Notes: a model not told the origin generated them from the letters alone. A stretch of DNA of 64,000 bases from an uncultured Candidatus Saccharibacteria bacterium (GCA_964620955.1 CAZUKH010000001.1:190810-254809), one strand, 5' to 3'; shown: positions 10,093 to 20,459, counted from the stretch's first letter. A program made the numbers and translations.

Positions 10093-10573
10093 TACGCCTT
10101 AAAGCTTCGTAAACAAAAACTGCTTCGATTAATAATAGGCTTAATAAAATTACTCCAAGTTCAACTCCTTGTAAGTTAATAAATTTTGCAACAAAAGTAA
10201 TACTTACAGCTATTACAAAAAGTATAGCTCTTCGAAAAGCAGGGATTATGTATGGGGGCTCATAGAATTTTTTAAAAAAAAGTTTATCAATAAACATGTG
10301 TACTCCAGCAATTATAAAAACTACTCCAACCCCTATGAGCCCCCATACGAGATAAAAGTTTCTGCTCACTATGTCAAAAATTAAACCTTTTGTAATTTGA
10401 TCTTGAATGTAATCTTCAAGTAAATTTACTGTATCTTCTGTAATTTGATTTTTAATAATTACGTCATTTATTACATCTTCTTTAAAAGGAGACGATGTAT
10501 ACGAAAGAAAAGCTCCAAATAGCAAAAATACTAACCCAATTATTATAACCAACATTATTTTTCTAATATTCAT
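10019..10573 (-). CDS. Hypothetical membrane protein (about 4 TM)
   Basis: Hydrophobic helices; extended -10 box TGTTACAAT 7 nt before the ATG; 3' end overlaps apbE. Confidence 0.65.
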   Translation of the reverse strand: MNIRKIMLVIIIGLVFLLFGAFLSYTSSPFKEDVINDVIIKNQITEDTVNLLEDYIQDQITKGLIFDIVSRNFYLVWGLIGVGVVFIIAGVHMFIDKLFFKKFYEPPYIIPAFRRAILFVIAVSITFVAKFINLQGVELGVILLSLLLIEAVFVYEALRRTKKRGISGGPGASLASSNLPQKGL

Positions 10574-10649
10574 AACTTACATTGTAACAAACGTAAGATT
10601 TGACTGCTGCAGACAGTATTATTGACTAGTATGATGATATACTTTGCAT

Positions 10650-11291
10650 ATGGAAGTAGAGCAAAAACCAAAAGGACTTTCTTGCCGTAAAGCCGGTTGT
10701 TTTTTTGTTTTTTTTATAGCCGCCTGCTGTATTTTGCTTGCAGGTGTACTAACTTTACGTCCTTCTTTTCTTTGGATTCCTGTCGCAAAAGTATTAAATG
10801 GAAATACCACAATTAACAAAGTTTCCCAGGAAAGCATAGACGAAGCTCGTCAAAATGTAGTAAATCAAATAAAGCCTATTGATAATCTTGTAATCAAGCT
10901 AGATGAACAAACTTTTTCAACGTTAGTATCGGACAAATTCAAAAACCTTGGGAGTGTGAGTGCTTCGTTATCAGAAAATAAAATTGAAATATTTTGGATT
11001 ATTGATCAAACTTTTAGCGAATCACCAATAATAGGCCTTATTTCTTTTGATACTTCTAACCCTAATCTTGTACTAAGTCATTTTGGAACTGCAGGTATAA
11101 ACACACCTACACAGTTATCGTTTCTTTCTAAGCTGATTATTGTTCCTTTGCTTGGGCAAGACTTTGAAATGTTTTCTTCAGCAGAGTTTGTTTTACAGAT
11201 TATTGCACCTAAAGCAGAATTTGAAGCTAAAAGCATAACGGTTAAAGACGATTACTTAGAGCTTATTGTTAATGCCGCACTTTATGATTAA
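10650..11291 (+). CDS. Hypothetical single-TM membrane-anchored protein
   Basis: Basic and Cys-rich N-terminus followed by a TM. Start set at ATG 10650 because TGATATACT lies 6 nt upstream (ORF track starts at 10644). Confidence 0.65.
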   Translation: MEVEQKPKGLSCRKAGCFFVFFIAACCILLAGVLTLRPSFLWIPVAKVLNGNTTINKVSQESIDEARQNVVNQIKPIDNLVIKLDEQTFSTLVSDKFKNLGSVSASLSENKIEIFWIIDQTFSESPIIGLISFDTSNPNLVLSHFGTAGINTPTQLSFLSKLIIVPLLGQDFEMFSSAEFVLQIIAPKAEFEAKSITVKDDYLELIVNAALYD

Positions 11292-12207
11292 ACTTTTTGA
11301 CGGGTCGGACAATTATGAAAGCTATAAAGCATGTAAATCCTACGCCAACGAGATTTCTAAACAAACTTCTCGCACAATAAAAGTTATAAATGCAGATGAA
11401 GTACGTGATATTTCCGAGGTTTTTGCCATATTTGAGGGTTTAAGCCTTTTTGCAGAAGAAAATATCTTATTACTAAAGAGATTATTTTTAAATAAGACTC
11501 TTATAAATCAAGTTACAAATAACTTTGAGTCACTGGATAAAAACCACGTTATTTTGTGGCAAGACAGCAAGGCAGATGGCAAACTCAAACTTGTAAAAAA
11601 ATTGAAAAGTCTCGGACGAATCTCAACATTTGAAGAGCTAAAACCTTGGCAACTCGAAAAGTGGTTAATTAACATAGCTAAAAAAGCAGGTATAGAAGTA
11701 TCTAAAGAAGTTGCTTCTTTTTTGTTTGTTAGTTCATTATCTAATAAAGCTTTACTAGTAAACGAACTAAGTAAATATAAAATACTTCTTGGTAGTTTAG
11801 GCAAAAATAAGCTAGAAAAAGAAGATATTATGCTTTTGTGGGGCGGAAACTTAAATGGAGATATTTGGGAGTTTTTAGATATGTTTGCAGCCCGGGATAA
11901 AAAATGCATATTAGAAATGGAAAAGCTATTAAAAAGTGAAACTTCTATACAATATTTAATAGCCATGGTTGCAAGAGAGTTGTCACTAATTTTACGGATA
12001 AAAGAATACGAAAAAGAAAATGGAGATTTTAAAGACTTAAAGCTACATCCTTTTGTTTTACAAAAGACCATAAAAAAAGCTCAAAACTTTTCTTTCTATG
12101 AAATAGCGGAATTGCTGCAAAAACTTGTTATTACAGATATGTCAATTAAAAAAGGTGAGTTAAAAGATACTACGGCATTTAGAATATATGTTACAACTAG
12201 TTTTTAG
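11266..12207 (+). CDS. holA: DNA polymerase III delta subunit
   Basis: SLFAEE motif, NELSK, IWEFLD, LHPFVLQK and D-x-x-IKKG C-terminal pattern typical of HolA; start probably 11284. Confidence 0.8.
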   Translation: MLMPHFMIKLFDGSDNYESYKACKSYANEISKQTSRTIKVINADEVRDISEVFAIFEGLSLFAEENILLLKRLFLNKTLINQVTNNFESLDKNHVILWQDSKADGKLKLVKKLKSLGRISTFEELKPWQLEKWLINIAKKAGIEVSKEVASFLFVSSLSNKALLVNELSKYKILLGSLGKNKLEKEDIMLLWGGNLNGDIWEFLDMFAARDKKCILEMEKLLKSETSIQYLIAMVARELSLILRIKEYEKENGDFKDLKLHPFVLQKTIKKAQNFSFYEIAELLQKLVITDMSIKKGELKDTTAFRIYVTTSF

Positions 12208-12227
12208 TATAATAAAAATATTTCAAT

Positions 12228-13466
12228 ATGATCAAGATAACTAACTTTACTACAAAGTTTTTTTTAGGTTTACTATCATGTATAGCCCTATGCCTGTGGC
12301 TTGTGAATGTTGTTAATGCTCAGCAAAACTTGCAGGTAGTAACTCTTAAAGATGCTGGAATAGATGAATCGCTGGCAAGAGAAGATATTAACTATACTCT
12401 ACCTACTGATGTAGTTATTGTTCCTGTTAATTATCCAATTAAGCAAAAAACTTTAAACTCTACAGATCTTTATAGAGGTATTTATTTTTATACAGTTGAG
12501 GTTTTAGGTTTTAATGATATCCCTTTTCACTACCTTGTGGGTGAAGATGGAACAATATTTAAAGGCAACACTGGAGGAGATGAACGGAGAATAAGAATTA
12601 GTGGTGTGGGAGAAAGCATGATTGTTATTGGTTATATTACTGATTCTTCCTCAACAAAATTTAGTTCAAGAGCACAGTTAGCGCTTGTAAAAATTATTTC
12701 AGATGTAGTTAATCGTAATTCAATTAATCCTGACAATATCTTTGTTGATGGGGTTGAATTCGTAAGAAATTTGAGCACCAAAAGTGTTTCATTAGTTCAA
12801 AAAGATATTTTTGGAACATGGGGTACCTCTATTGAAGAGATTAAATCTCAAGTTAAACCACTGTACGCACCTATTGCAAAAAGTTATAAGGCTCAAGTAG
12901 ATAACGTTATTTTACCGACAGACCCTGTTAGTCCAGGCTCTGTAGTTGAAGCCAAAATTAGTATTTCGAATTTAAGTTCCAATGGTATGTACGCTGGCAC
13001 GGATTCTGCTCTTATTTTAAGTAAAATTGACGGTACACCAAGCGCATTCTTTTTGAATAACGAGTGGGCAAGTATTTCGCAGGCAAGTTTAATGGATAAT
13101 GATGAAATACTACTTCCTTTCCAAGAGGGCCAATTTAGTTTTAATATTAAAGTACCTTTGTTTCCAGGAGGTCTTTCCGAACAGTTTGAACTACGGACAT
13201 TAGATGGAAGGAAAGTAGAGTCTAACCCTGTAACTATAGCTTTGAACATTGGCCCTGCATCAAGGCAGATTGTGGAAATAAGAAGTAGTGTTGTAAATGC
13301 AGTAGATGTTAAGTCACAGCCTTCGAGTAGTTCGGCCACTGTAGGGCAGGTTTCGGCAGGACAAAGGTTTTATTATGTTTCAGAACAGGATAATGGATGG
13401 CTACAACTAGAGCTTTCAGATGGTACTCCTGGCTGGATTGCAATATGGTTTGTAAATTTTATTTGA
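12228..13466 (+). CDS. Secreted protein with PGRP/amidase_2-like domain, Ig-like domain and C-terminal SH3b
   Basis: Signal peptide; DIPFHYLVGEDGTIFKG resembles amidase_2; VKSQPSSSSATVGQV...GWLQLEL...GWI is SH3b-like. Confidence 0.7.
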   Translation: MIKITNFTTKFFLGLLSCIALCLWLVNVVNAQQNLQVVTLKDAGIDESLAREDINYTLPTDVVIVPVNYPIKQKTLNSTDLYRGIYFYTVEVLGFNDIPFHYLVGEDGTIFKGNTGGDERRIRISGVGESMIVIGYITDSSSTKFSSRAQLALVKIISDVVNRNSINPDNIFVDGVEFVRNLSTKSVSLVQKDIFGTWGTSIEEIKSQVKPLYAPIAKSYKAQVDNVILPTDPVSPGSVVEAKISISNLSSNGMYAGTDSALILSKIDGTPSAFFLNNEWASISQASLMDNDEILLPFQEGQFSFNIKVPLFPGGLSEQFELRTLDGRKVESNPVTIALNIGPASRQIVEIRSSVVNAVDVKSQPSSSSATVGQVSAGQRFYYVSEQDNGWLQLELSDGTPGWIAIWFVNFI

Positions 13467-13472
13467 AACTAA

Positions 13473-14261
13473 ATGAAAAAATTATTTTTTTATGTTCCAA
13501 TACTAGCGATTGTATTTTTACTGGGTCTTTTTTTGTCCATGTACTTTGGTGAGGCAAATGGTGGGGTAAGCAATGTAAGGGTTACTAATTTAACTAGCAA
13601 TTCAGTAACTATAAGCTGGGAAACAAAACAGCCTGGATTTGGTTCAATAGTTTACTCAAAAGAAGATTTCTTTCCTGATTTTATTGGTAAGTACATTGCC
13701 AAGTACCGTGAACATGATGATAGAAATGTTTCGAAAGATTTAGAAGAGAGTGGTAGGGTAAATTTAACAGAAAATTTTGATGAGTCTAAAGCTCAAGAAA
13801 GAAGAATTCATCACGTTACTATAAGCGGTCTTGAAGCCGAAACAACTTACTTTTTTAGAATAGATGGCAATATTAAACTTATTAATCCCGAGGTTAACTC
13901 TTTTACAACTCTTTCACAAAACTTGCTAGCTAATGAACCCGACCCTGTTTACGGTTCGGTAATAAATTACATGGCTAACCAAAAAAATCCAACAGATGGA
14001 ATTGTCTACTATCGGGTAGTGAATAAAAATAATGATCAAATTACTTCACAGTGGTATTCAAGCATAATAAAAAATGAAAATTGGAGCGGCGACTTATCGA
14101 AAATGGTAGATACCCTCGGGCAAGTTGTAAACTGGAACTCTTCTGATTATTTATTAAATGTAGAAGCAAAAACCCCGGAAGGAGAGGGAGGGCAAAACTT
14201 AACGTTAGAAACTTACAAACCAATTGAAACAATTATAGTAAATATTAGATATATACCATAA
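13473..14261 (+). CDS. Membrane-anchored fibronectin type III domain protein
   Basis: N-terminal TM; NVRVTNLTSNSVTISWET...HHVTISGLEAETTYFFRI is an FN3 pattern. Confidence 0.75.
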   Translation: MKKLFFYVPILAIVFLLGLFLSMYFGEANGGVSNVRVTNLTSNSVTISWETKQPGFGSIVYSKEDFFPDFIGKYIAKYREHDDRNVSKDLEESGRVNLTENFDESKAQERRIHHVTISGLEAETTYFFRIDGNIKLINPEVNSFTTLSQNLLANEPDPVYGSVINYMANQKNPTDGIVYYRVVNKNNDQITSQWYSSIIKNENWSGDLSKMVDTLGQVVNWNSSDYLLNVEAKTPEGEGGQNLTLETYKPIETIIVNIRYIP

Positions 14262-14263
14262 AC

Positions 14264-16129
14264 ATGAAAAACTTTATTAAACCATTAGTTTTACTATTTG
14301 TTTTGGGGTTTTTAACTGGCGTTATTTTTACTGGTATAAAATTCTCGATTAATGTAGAGGCTGGCAGTGCAATTGAAAATGGCGTGCCTGTTTGTCTTTC
14401 ACCTTACTCAGAATCTTGTGGAGATGGTTGTAACAGGCAAGTAAATTGTGGTTCCAACAAAGAATTTAGACCAGGTCCTTGCGAGTGTTCTAACCCAACA
14501 CAACCTCAATGCCCAGTAGCAACTATTTGGGATGGTAGTACTTGTAAAGGTACTGCTCAAGGTACTAAAGATGAAACGAAAGACCAGGATCCAGTAAAAG
14601 ATGGTGGAGAAAAAGTTGCACCCAAGGCAGCCAAGCCAGCTGATCCAAAAACGCGCGATGAGGCTAATAAGGTAGTTGCTGGTGGTGGTAGTAGTGCAAC
14701 AGGCAGCCAGGGGCAAGGAGTACCTGCAACACCTGTTACCAACCCAGGAGCTTCATGCCCTAACGGAACCTCTCGTTTTACTACTGATAATATTTGCTTA
14801 ACAGAGTGCCCACAAACAAACTGTTTAGCAGATAGCGCTGGAGAAACAAGGTGCTGCCAGCATAGTTCGGAGCCAGGGGGAGATGCTGAAATATCAACTA
14901 ATGAATTAACAGTCTGTCCTCTTACCTTTCATTGTGACGGAACTATTTTTGCAAATTCAGGAAACAGTAGCACAGGAGGTGCTATAAACATATGTTCATA
15001 CATTTTACCTACTGATTCTAGTAGGTCTTTTGGGGTTACACCACAAGTAATCAACAGCGTACAGACATGTGATGTTTTGATAGACCAAGTTAGTGCAAGT
15101 AGTGGTGGAGAAGCTTCCTTAGGCAGTCAAGAGGTACCTGTTGAAATTGCACAATCAATACTAGAACAAAACTGTGCAAGTAAAGGATATAATATGAGGA
15201 CAGATATCCCAAACTATTGCGAATACGATTGCCCAGTGGATCCATACCGTAATCCTGCATTTGCAACAATTTTAGGTGCCGTTCCATGCATTCCAAATGA
15301 TGCACAGGGACAAAACACAAAGCTACCTAGATTAACCAATTTAATCCCTAAAGTTTCTGCACAGGCAGCACCTCCTTTACCACAAACAATTAATCCAGAA
15401 GATTTAGAAAAAGGAGTTTATGTAATAACTATTCCTGGGTATAAAAATGTTGAAATATCTATACTTTACGGAAACTTAAAACTTAAGTATTTTGTAGATT
15501 CTAATGGTGACGGAGTAAAACAAACCGAAGAAGAGTATCTTGATTTAAGTGATTACGAAGTCAGTGTTGCCAAAACATCCTCTATTAACACTTACCAATT
15601 AGATAAAGGGTGGAACTTAGTTGGTCTTAACTTTGTTTCAGAGGATTTAAGCACAGCATCTAAGCTGCTGCGTGAATTAATACGACAAAATGTAGAATCA
15701 GTTCAACTAACAAAATATGATAGTGGTAATTGGATACACTTTGTAATGCGGATTAGCGACAAAGGTGAAATAATAACCTACGGAAACGACTTTACGCTTG
15801 TACCAGGAGAAGGTTACTTTTTAAGAACTTTAAACGAAGGAGCCGTATCACTTGCTGGAAACAGTTTTACAAGTAATGTTCCTGTAAGCTTTGTGCCAGG
15901 ATGGAATTTAATTTCTATACAAACTATACAACAATATACCGCGCAAAGCTTTTTGGAGTTTTGCAATACCCAATCTTTAAATTGCGAATCAATAAGCAGG
16001 TTTGTGGATGGCTTATACGATACCGTAGTAAAAAAAGAATCAAAATATTTTGGAAATATATTTAACATAGAAGACACTAAAGGATATTTTGTTCTTAATA
16101 ATGAAGGACAAAAAGTAATTACACCATAA
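14264..16129 (+). CDS. Cys-rich secreted/surface protein with repeated GWNL...GYF C-terminal domains
   Basis: Signal/TM segment; more than 20 Cys in the N-terminal half; DSNGDG Ca-loop; two repeats LDKGWNLVG...PGEGYF and FVPGWNLIS...TKGYF. Confidence 0.7.
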   Translation: MKNFIKPLVLLFVLGFLTGVIFTGIKFSINVEAGSAIENGVPVCLSPYSESCGDGCNRQVNCGSNKEFRPGPCECSNPTQPQCPVATIWDGSTCKGTAQGTKDETKDQDPVKDGGEKVAPKAAKPADPKTRDEANKVVAGGGSSATGSQGQGVPATPVTNPGASCPNGTSRFTTDNICLTECPQTNCLADSAGETRCCQHSSEPGGDAEISTNELTVCPLTFHCDGTIFANSGNSSTGGAINICSYILPTDSSRSFGVTPQVINSVQTCDVLIDQVSASSGGEASLGSQEVPVEIAQSILEQNCASKGYNMRTDIPNYCEYDCPVDPYRNPAFATILGAVPCIPNDAQGQNTKLPRLTNLIPKVSAQAAPPLPQTINPEDLEKGVYVITIPGYKNVEISILYGNLKLKYFVDSNGDGVKQTEEEYLDLSDYEVSVAKTSSINTYQLDKGWNLVGLNFVSEDLSTASKLLRELIRQNVESVQLTKYDSGNWIHFVMRISDKGEIITYGNDFTLVPGEGYFLRTLNEGAVSLAGNSFTSNVPVSFVPGWNLISIQTIQQYTAQSFLEFCNTQSLNCESISRFVDGLYDTVVKKESKYFGNIFNIEDTKGYFVLNNEGQKVITP

Positions 16130-16131
16130 AA

Positions 16132-17154
16132 ATGTCGAATCAACAAAAGAGGACAATCCTTTCGTTTCTTTTTTTAGTGCTTATGGTGCTGGCTATTGCT
16201 GCTTTTGCTGTAGCCGCTTCGTTAAACTCAGATGTGTCTGTAGATTTTGAAGTAGGCATAGCACCTCAAGAATTAGTTATAAGCAACGTTACTCAAAACG
16301 GCTTTACTGTATCTTGGGTGTCGCAGGAAGCAGAGCAAGGGCTTGTTAAATACGGGTTAGAAACAACTTTACTAGCTACAACTGCTATAGACTTTAGAGG
16401 GGAAGAATCTTCAACACTACACTATGTAAGAATAACAGATCTTGACCCTGCTACCACTTACTATTTTGAAATTTACTCGGGCAATACTGTATTTAAAAAT
16501 AATAATCTATACTTTTCGCAATCAACACTTGGAAATGAAGCATCATTGGGAACGCCAGAAAGCATTACACTCACCCTACCAGAAACTTTTACTGAAGGAA
16601 TCATTTACGCATATGCCTCAAATGGAATTCAAACTTCAACAATTGCGTCTTCCATTGCGTCATCAAACTCAGCACTTATTGATGTTTCAACTCTTAGAGA
16701 TCCAACTACGCAGGAGCTTTTTGATTTGACACTGTCACAGGTAAGGATACACGTTACCAGCGATCAACTATTACGCGCAGTAGATACACTAGCAGTAGGT
16801 CAACAAGATTTAACAATAAACGAACTTAGCTCAGAAACCTCAGCGTTTTTAGTTCCCGAAGTATTTGCAGTTGATTTACCAACACCTATTGAAGAGCCAG
16901 AAGAGGAAGAACCTGTAGAAGAAGACATTGTTGAAGAAGATCCACGCGTAATAGAAGAAGAACCAATAGCACAAAACCCAGCTCCAGTAATAATTCCCCA
17001 ACAACTTCCTCCTGCATCTCAACAGCCAGTTGTTGTTGCAAACAGCAGTCCTTTACCTTCAACAGCAATTTCAACAGGCGAACTACTTATTGGACTTAGT
17101 GGGTTGGGACTACTCGTTGTTGGAATAGCCCTTAAAAAGAACTCTAGTCTTTAA
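16132..17154 (+). CDS. FN3 domain surface protein with LPSTA sortase-type sorting signal
   Basis: N-terminal TM, FN3 (ISNVTQNGFTVSW...LDPATTYYFEI), Glu/Pro linker, then LPSTA + TM + KK. Confidence 0.75.
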   Translation: MSNQQKRTILSFLFLVLMVLAIAAFAVAASLNSDVSVDFEVGIAPQELVISNVTQNGFTVSWVSQEAEQGLVKYGLETTLLATTAIDFRGEESSTLHYVRITDLDPATTYYFEIYSGNTVFKNNNLYFSQSTLGNEASLGTPESITLTLPETFTEGIIYAYASNGIQTSTIASSIASSNSALIDVSTLRDPTTQELFDLTLSQVRIHVTSDQLLRAVDTLAVGQQDLTINELSSETSAFLVPEVFAVDLPTPIEEPEEEEPVEEDIVEEDPRVIEEEPIAQNPAPVIIPQQLPPASQQPVVVANSSPLPSTAISTGELLIGLSGLGLLVVGIALKKNSSL

Positions 17155-18448
17155 TAACATTTTTAATAGCTTTACAAAGCTCTTCTGCCCTTTTTTCACT
17201 TATATTGATGCTCGTAGGCAAATTTAATACAACTTTACAGTGATTTATTGTATTTGGAGTTAATGCTGGAATATAACAAAGTCGTTGATAAGTTGTATCG
17301 TTAACTGTAGAACCATAAAGTGGAATCGCAAACCAGTTACCAAGGGTAACCCTTTCTTTTCTCGCAATATTCCAGACTGCCAGCCTTTCCTCTGCATTCT
17401 TTAAAAGCACAGGATATCTTAAATAAACTCTGTTTGAATCTGTATCTGCATGGTCAGAATACTCTATTAAATACTTGTCATAAATAGAAGCTATTTTACT
17501 TCTATGTTCATTATACTTTACTAGTTTAGTAAGCTGCTTAATGCCTAGTCTGGAAAGAGCGGGAGACATTTTTGCAGGAAACCAGTCCGGTTTTATTGCC
17601 ATATTTTCAACTTTTTCAACCATTATCCCTAAAAACCCCATTTTCCTCCAAACATACCTTATTGCTGCACCAATTGTAAATCTCCCGACTCCAACAGAAT
17701 GAAGAGGTATAGCTACCCACCAAAAAACAGGGTTTAGAAGTGATATAAAAGTTTTAATAAAAGGAAAGTTCGGAAGAGTATTTATAAAAGGAGAAATCTT
17801 AAAATAAACTTCATCTGAATTAGTAATTATTGCCCCTCCGCGCACTGAAGAAATAACCTTTTCAATACCAAAAGTTAAAAAGCCTGCATCTCCCCTTACT
17901 TGAATATTGCTTTCTATTAAATGGGCAAAATCTTCTAGGATAAAAATATCTTCCCTCCCAATGAGCGAAAGCTTTTGCTTAATAGCATCTACATCTACTA
18001 GCTTTCCAAAAGTATGTTGAACCACAATTGCCCTTGTTTTAAAGTTAATTGCTTTTTCCAGTTGAGAGTAATCAGGGTTAAGATCACTTTTATTTGAATC
18101 AAGGTAAACTGGGGTTGCACCTGTCCAACTTATTGAATTTGCAACTACAACACATGTAAATGAGGGTGCTATTACTTCGTCACCTTCTTTTAAACCTAAA
18201 GATTTTAATAATACATACAATGCCGACCTTCCAGAATCAACCAGCTTAACATGACCAACATTAAGGATTTTTTTTAAACTTTCTTCAAATTGAATATTAA
18301 AGGTTTCTAATGCCCATGTCCATGGAGTAAACAAAACTTTTAATGCAAGTAATACATCACCCAACTGCGTGTTTGGAGAAGCTGCAGTAAAAATAGATTT
18401 TTTTAATTTCATAAAACAAATATAACATCGATTGAATAACTCATCCAA
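17144..18448 (-). CDS. DegT/DnrJ/EryC1/StrS PLP-dependent aminotransferase
   Basis: DSGRSAL, GDEVIAPSFTC, VQHTFG, LEDFAH, TFGIEK (PLP Lys), RGGAI. Confidence 0.88.
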   Translation of the reverse strand: MDELFNRCYICFMKLKKSIFTAASPNTQLGDVLLALKVLFTPWTWALETFNIQFEESLKKILNVGHVKLVDSGRSALYVLLKSLGLKEGDEVIAPSFTCVVVANSISWTGATPVYLDSNKSDLNPDYSQLEKAINFKTRAIVVQHTFGKLVDVDAIKQKLSLIGREDIFILEDFAHLIESNIQVRGDAGFLTFGIEKVISSVRGGAIITNSDEVYFKISPFINTLPNFPFIKTFISLLNPVFWWVAIPLHSVGVGRFTIGAAIRYVWRKMGFLGIMVEKVENMAIKPDWFPAKMSPALSRLGIKQLTKLVKYNEHRSKIASIYDKYLIEYSDHADTDSNRVYLRYPVLLKNAEERLAVWNIARKERVTLGNWFAIPLYGSTVNDTTYQRLCYIPALTPNTINHCKVVLNLPTSINISEKRAEELCKAIKNVIKD

Positions 18449-18459
18449 AATTTATACAT

Positions 18460-19392
18460 TTACCTTTTAAAATAACTGGCAAACTTAAAAAGTAAGTATT
18501 TAAACTTGTTTGAAACAATGTCTATCGAATCCAGGTACTCAATAGGAATGCCTCCAAACCCAAGTTTGTACCTTGAATAACCTGTTTCTTTATCTTTTGT
18601 TAAACCCCAAAAGTCAAAGACTTTACAATTATTTTCTTTTGCCCAAAGCATAGATTTCCAGGCATGAAGGTAAGAAGCTTTTAAACCATTCCCTTTTTCA
18701 ATTGATCCACCATAAATTGCATAAAATACGTTTTTATAAATTACACTAAACCAGGCTACAATTGGTTTACCTTCAAAAACCGAAGTAACAATCACTGGTA
18801 TTGCTTGGTCATCTTTTTTTAGTGTTTTCCATACTTTTTTAAGATACGTTGTAGATCTCCCTGTAAATCCGTATCTCTTTTGTATAGTAGAGTATATTTG
18901 TAGAAAGTTGTTAAAAGAAGAATCTTTTGAGTCAAAATTTACTGTAACTCCTTTTTTTTCAGCTCTTCGAAAATACTGCCTGTGAGGAGGACGAACATCG
19001 TTGTAAAGCTCTTCTACACTTTTTGTCAAATCAAATAAAAGGGTTTCTTTGGGGTGAATGTTTTTTGCAGGAAAAAAGTTAGAAGGCTGTTTAAATTTAA
19101 CCTCTTCAAAAAAGCAGTTTAAGGGATCAACTCTTACTGCAAAACATCCGCTATTATTTACAGCATTTTGTGCATCTTGGGTGCTAAACCTTGTCCAATC
19201 CAGCTTTGGTACATACCCAAATTTACCCAACAAAGGAACTTTATTAATCTGGATCCAAAATCCTTTTGCTTCATAAATATCATTACCTTGTACTTTCCTT
19301 ACTTCTTTCCAGGCATCAGACTGTAAAAAATGATTTTTTGTATTTTCAATTATATTTTTAATATCTTTCTTTTCTATAGATGTAGTTGTCAT
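18460..19392 (-). CDS. FemABX family peptidoglycan interpeptide-bridge aminoacyltransferase
   Basis: HFLQSDAW, RRAEKKGV, YAIYGGS, FDFWG, YKLGFGG. Confidence 0.88.
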   Translation of the reverse strand: MTTTSIEKKDIKNIIENTKNHFLQSDAWKEVRKVQGNDIYEAKGFWIQINKVPLLGKFGYVPKLDWTRFSTQDAQNAVNNSGCFAVRVDPLNCFFEEVKFKQPSNFFPAKNIHPKETLLFDLTKSVEELYNDVRPPHRQYFRRAEKKGVTVNFDSKDSSFNNFLQIYSTIQKRYGFTGRSTTYLKKVWKTLKKDDQAIPVIVTSVFEGKPIVAWFSVIYKNVFYAIYGGSIEKGNGLKASYLHAWKSMLWAKENNCKVFDFWGLTKDKETGYSRYKLGFGGIPIEYLDSIDIVSNKFKYLLFKFASYFKR

Positions 19393-20443
19393 AAAGTCTG
19401 TTTAGTTTAAACTTTAAAAAGTTTGAAGAAGTTTCATAAGTACCTAAATAAGATACCATTTTTCCTTTAAACTTCATTTTAAAATCCGCAACACCTCTCC
19501 ATGGGTGATTAATCCCTTTTGGAATTACGCCCCAAAAATTATAGTTTTTAAAACCCTCTTGAATAGCCTTAGCAGCAATAGAGTAGTGTAAAAAATATGG
19601 GGAAGCAATTTTTGAAAGAGCAACATCAGAGGTAGATGCACCATGGGAATAATTTACTGTATCTTTATAATAATTTATTAAAGCTGCCGAAACTGGTTTA
19701 TCTTCATAATAAGCAATCCAAATTCTTGTTAAAGGATCTTTCATTGCTTTTGGCCCGAGATGTTTCCATTGTGCAACATAGTAAGAATCGTGAAAGTTTT
19801 CGAACTTTTGCCTTATCTTTGTTTGACGTGTAAGCTCAATAAAGGCAAATAGGTCTTTTTCTTGCATTGCTTCTTTTACCTGAATACCAATTTTTTTTCC
19901 TCTTTTTATGTAATACCTTGTTTCTTTGGGTTGCATTTGAAGAAGCTCTTTGTCCGATTTTGGAAGTTCCATAATCCAAGTGTGCTTGGCTTGGCCTAGA
20001 GCATTAGACTTTTTCCAACCACTTCTTTCTATTTCAAAAAAAAACTTTTTATCAACAGGCGGATCTATTCTAAATAAATTTAGTGGGTTGAGTCTACAAT
20101 ACTCATCGGCAAAGAGTTTAAGTTTTTTATAAAACTTTTCATAAATTTCTGCATTATTTACTTCCTTGGAGATTTCCTTAATTTTACTAATATCCAATAC
20201 AGGTCCATAAGGAAGATAAGCATATTTTGAAATTTTTCTTTTAAATATTTCTAAATAAAGATTTCCAACGGGTTGATTGTTCAAATATACCAAAAAAGTA
20301 TCGATTTTTTTATTAATGCTTTTTTGAAAATTAATCCAGTGCCAGGAAGTTAAAAAAGTACTGGAAAAAGCGTTTGTGTTCACCTCTTCCCAAAGAGGAA
20401 ACTGTTCATCCAACAATGGTACTATATCGAAATCCAAATACAT
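19358..20443 (-). CDS. FemABX family (FemX-like) aminoacyltransferase
   Basis: TFLTSWHW, YLPYGPV, RIDP, TRYYIKR, YSHGAS, YNFWG, FKMKFKG. Confidence 0.88.
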   Translation of the reverse strand: MYLDFDIVPLLDEQFPLWEEVNTNAFSSTFLTSWHWINFQKSINKKIDTFLVYLNNQPVGNLYLEIFKRKISKYAYLPYGPVLDISKIKEISKEVNNAEIYEKFYKKLKLFADEYCRLNPLNLFRIDPPVDKKFFFEIERSGWKKSNALGQAKHTWIMELPKSDKELLQMQPKETRYYIKRGKKIGIQVKEAMQEKDLFAFIELTRQTKIRQKFENFHDSYYVAQWKHLGPKAMKDPLTRIWIAYYEDKPVSAALINYYKDTVNYSHGASTSDVALSKIASPYFLHYSIAAKAIQEGFKNYNFWGVIPKGINHPWRGVADFKMKFKGKMVSYLGTYETSSNFLKFKLNRLYDNYIYRKERY

Positions 20444-20459
20444 AATTTTTCTTAATCTG

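Noticed and set aside
11508-13339. Long antisense ORFs (11508..12071, 12893..13339) and similar shadow ORFs elsewhere
   Set aside because: They lie wholly opposite well-supported genes and lack motifs; typical codon-bias shadows.
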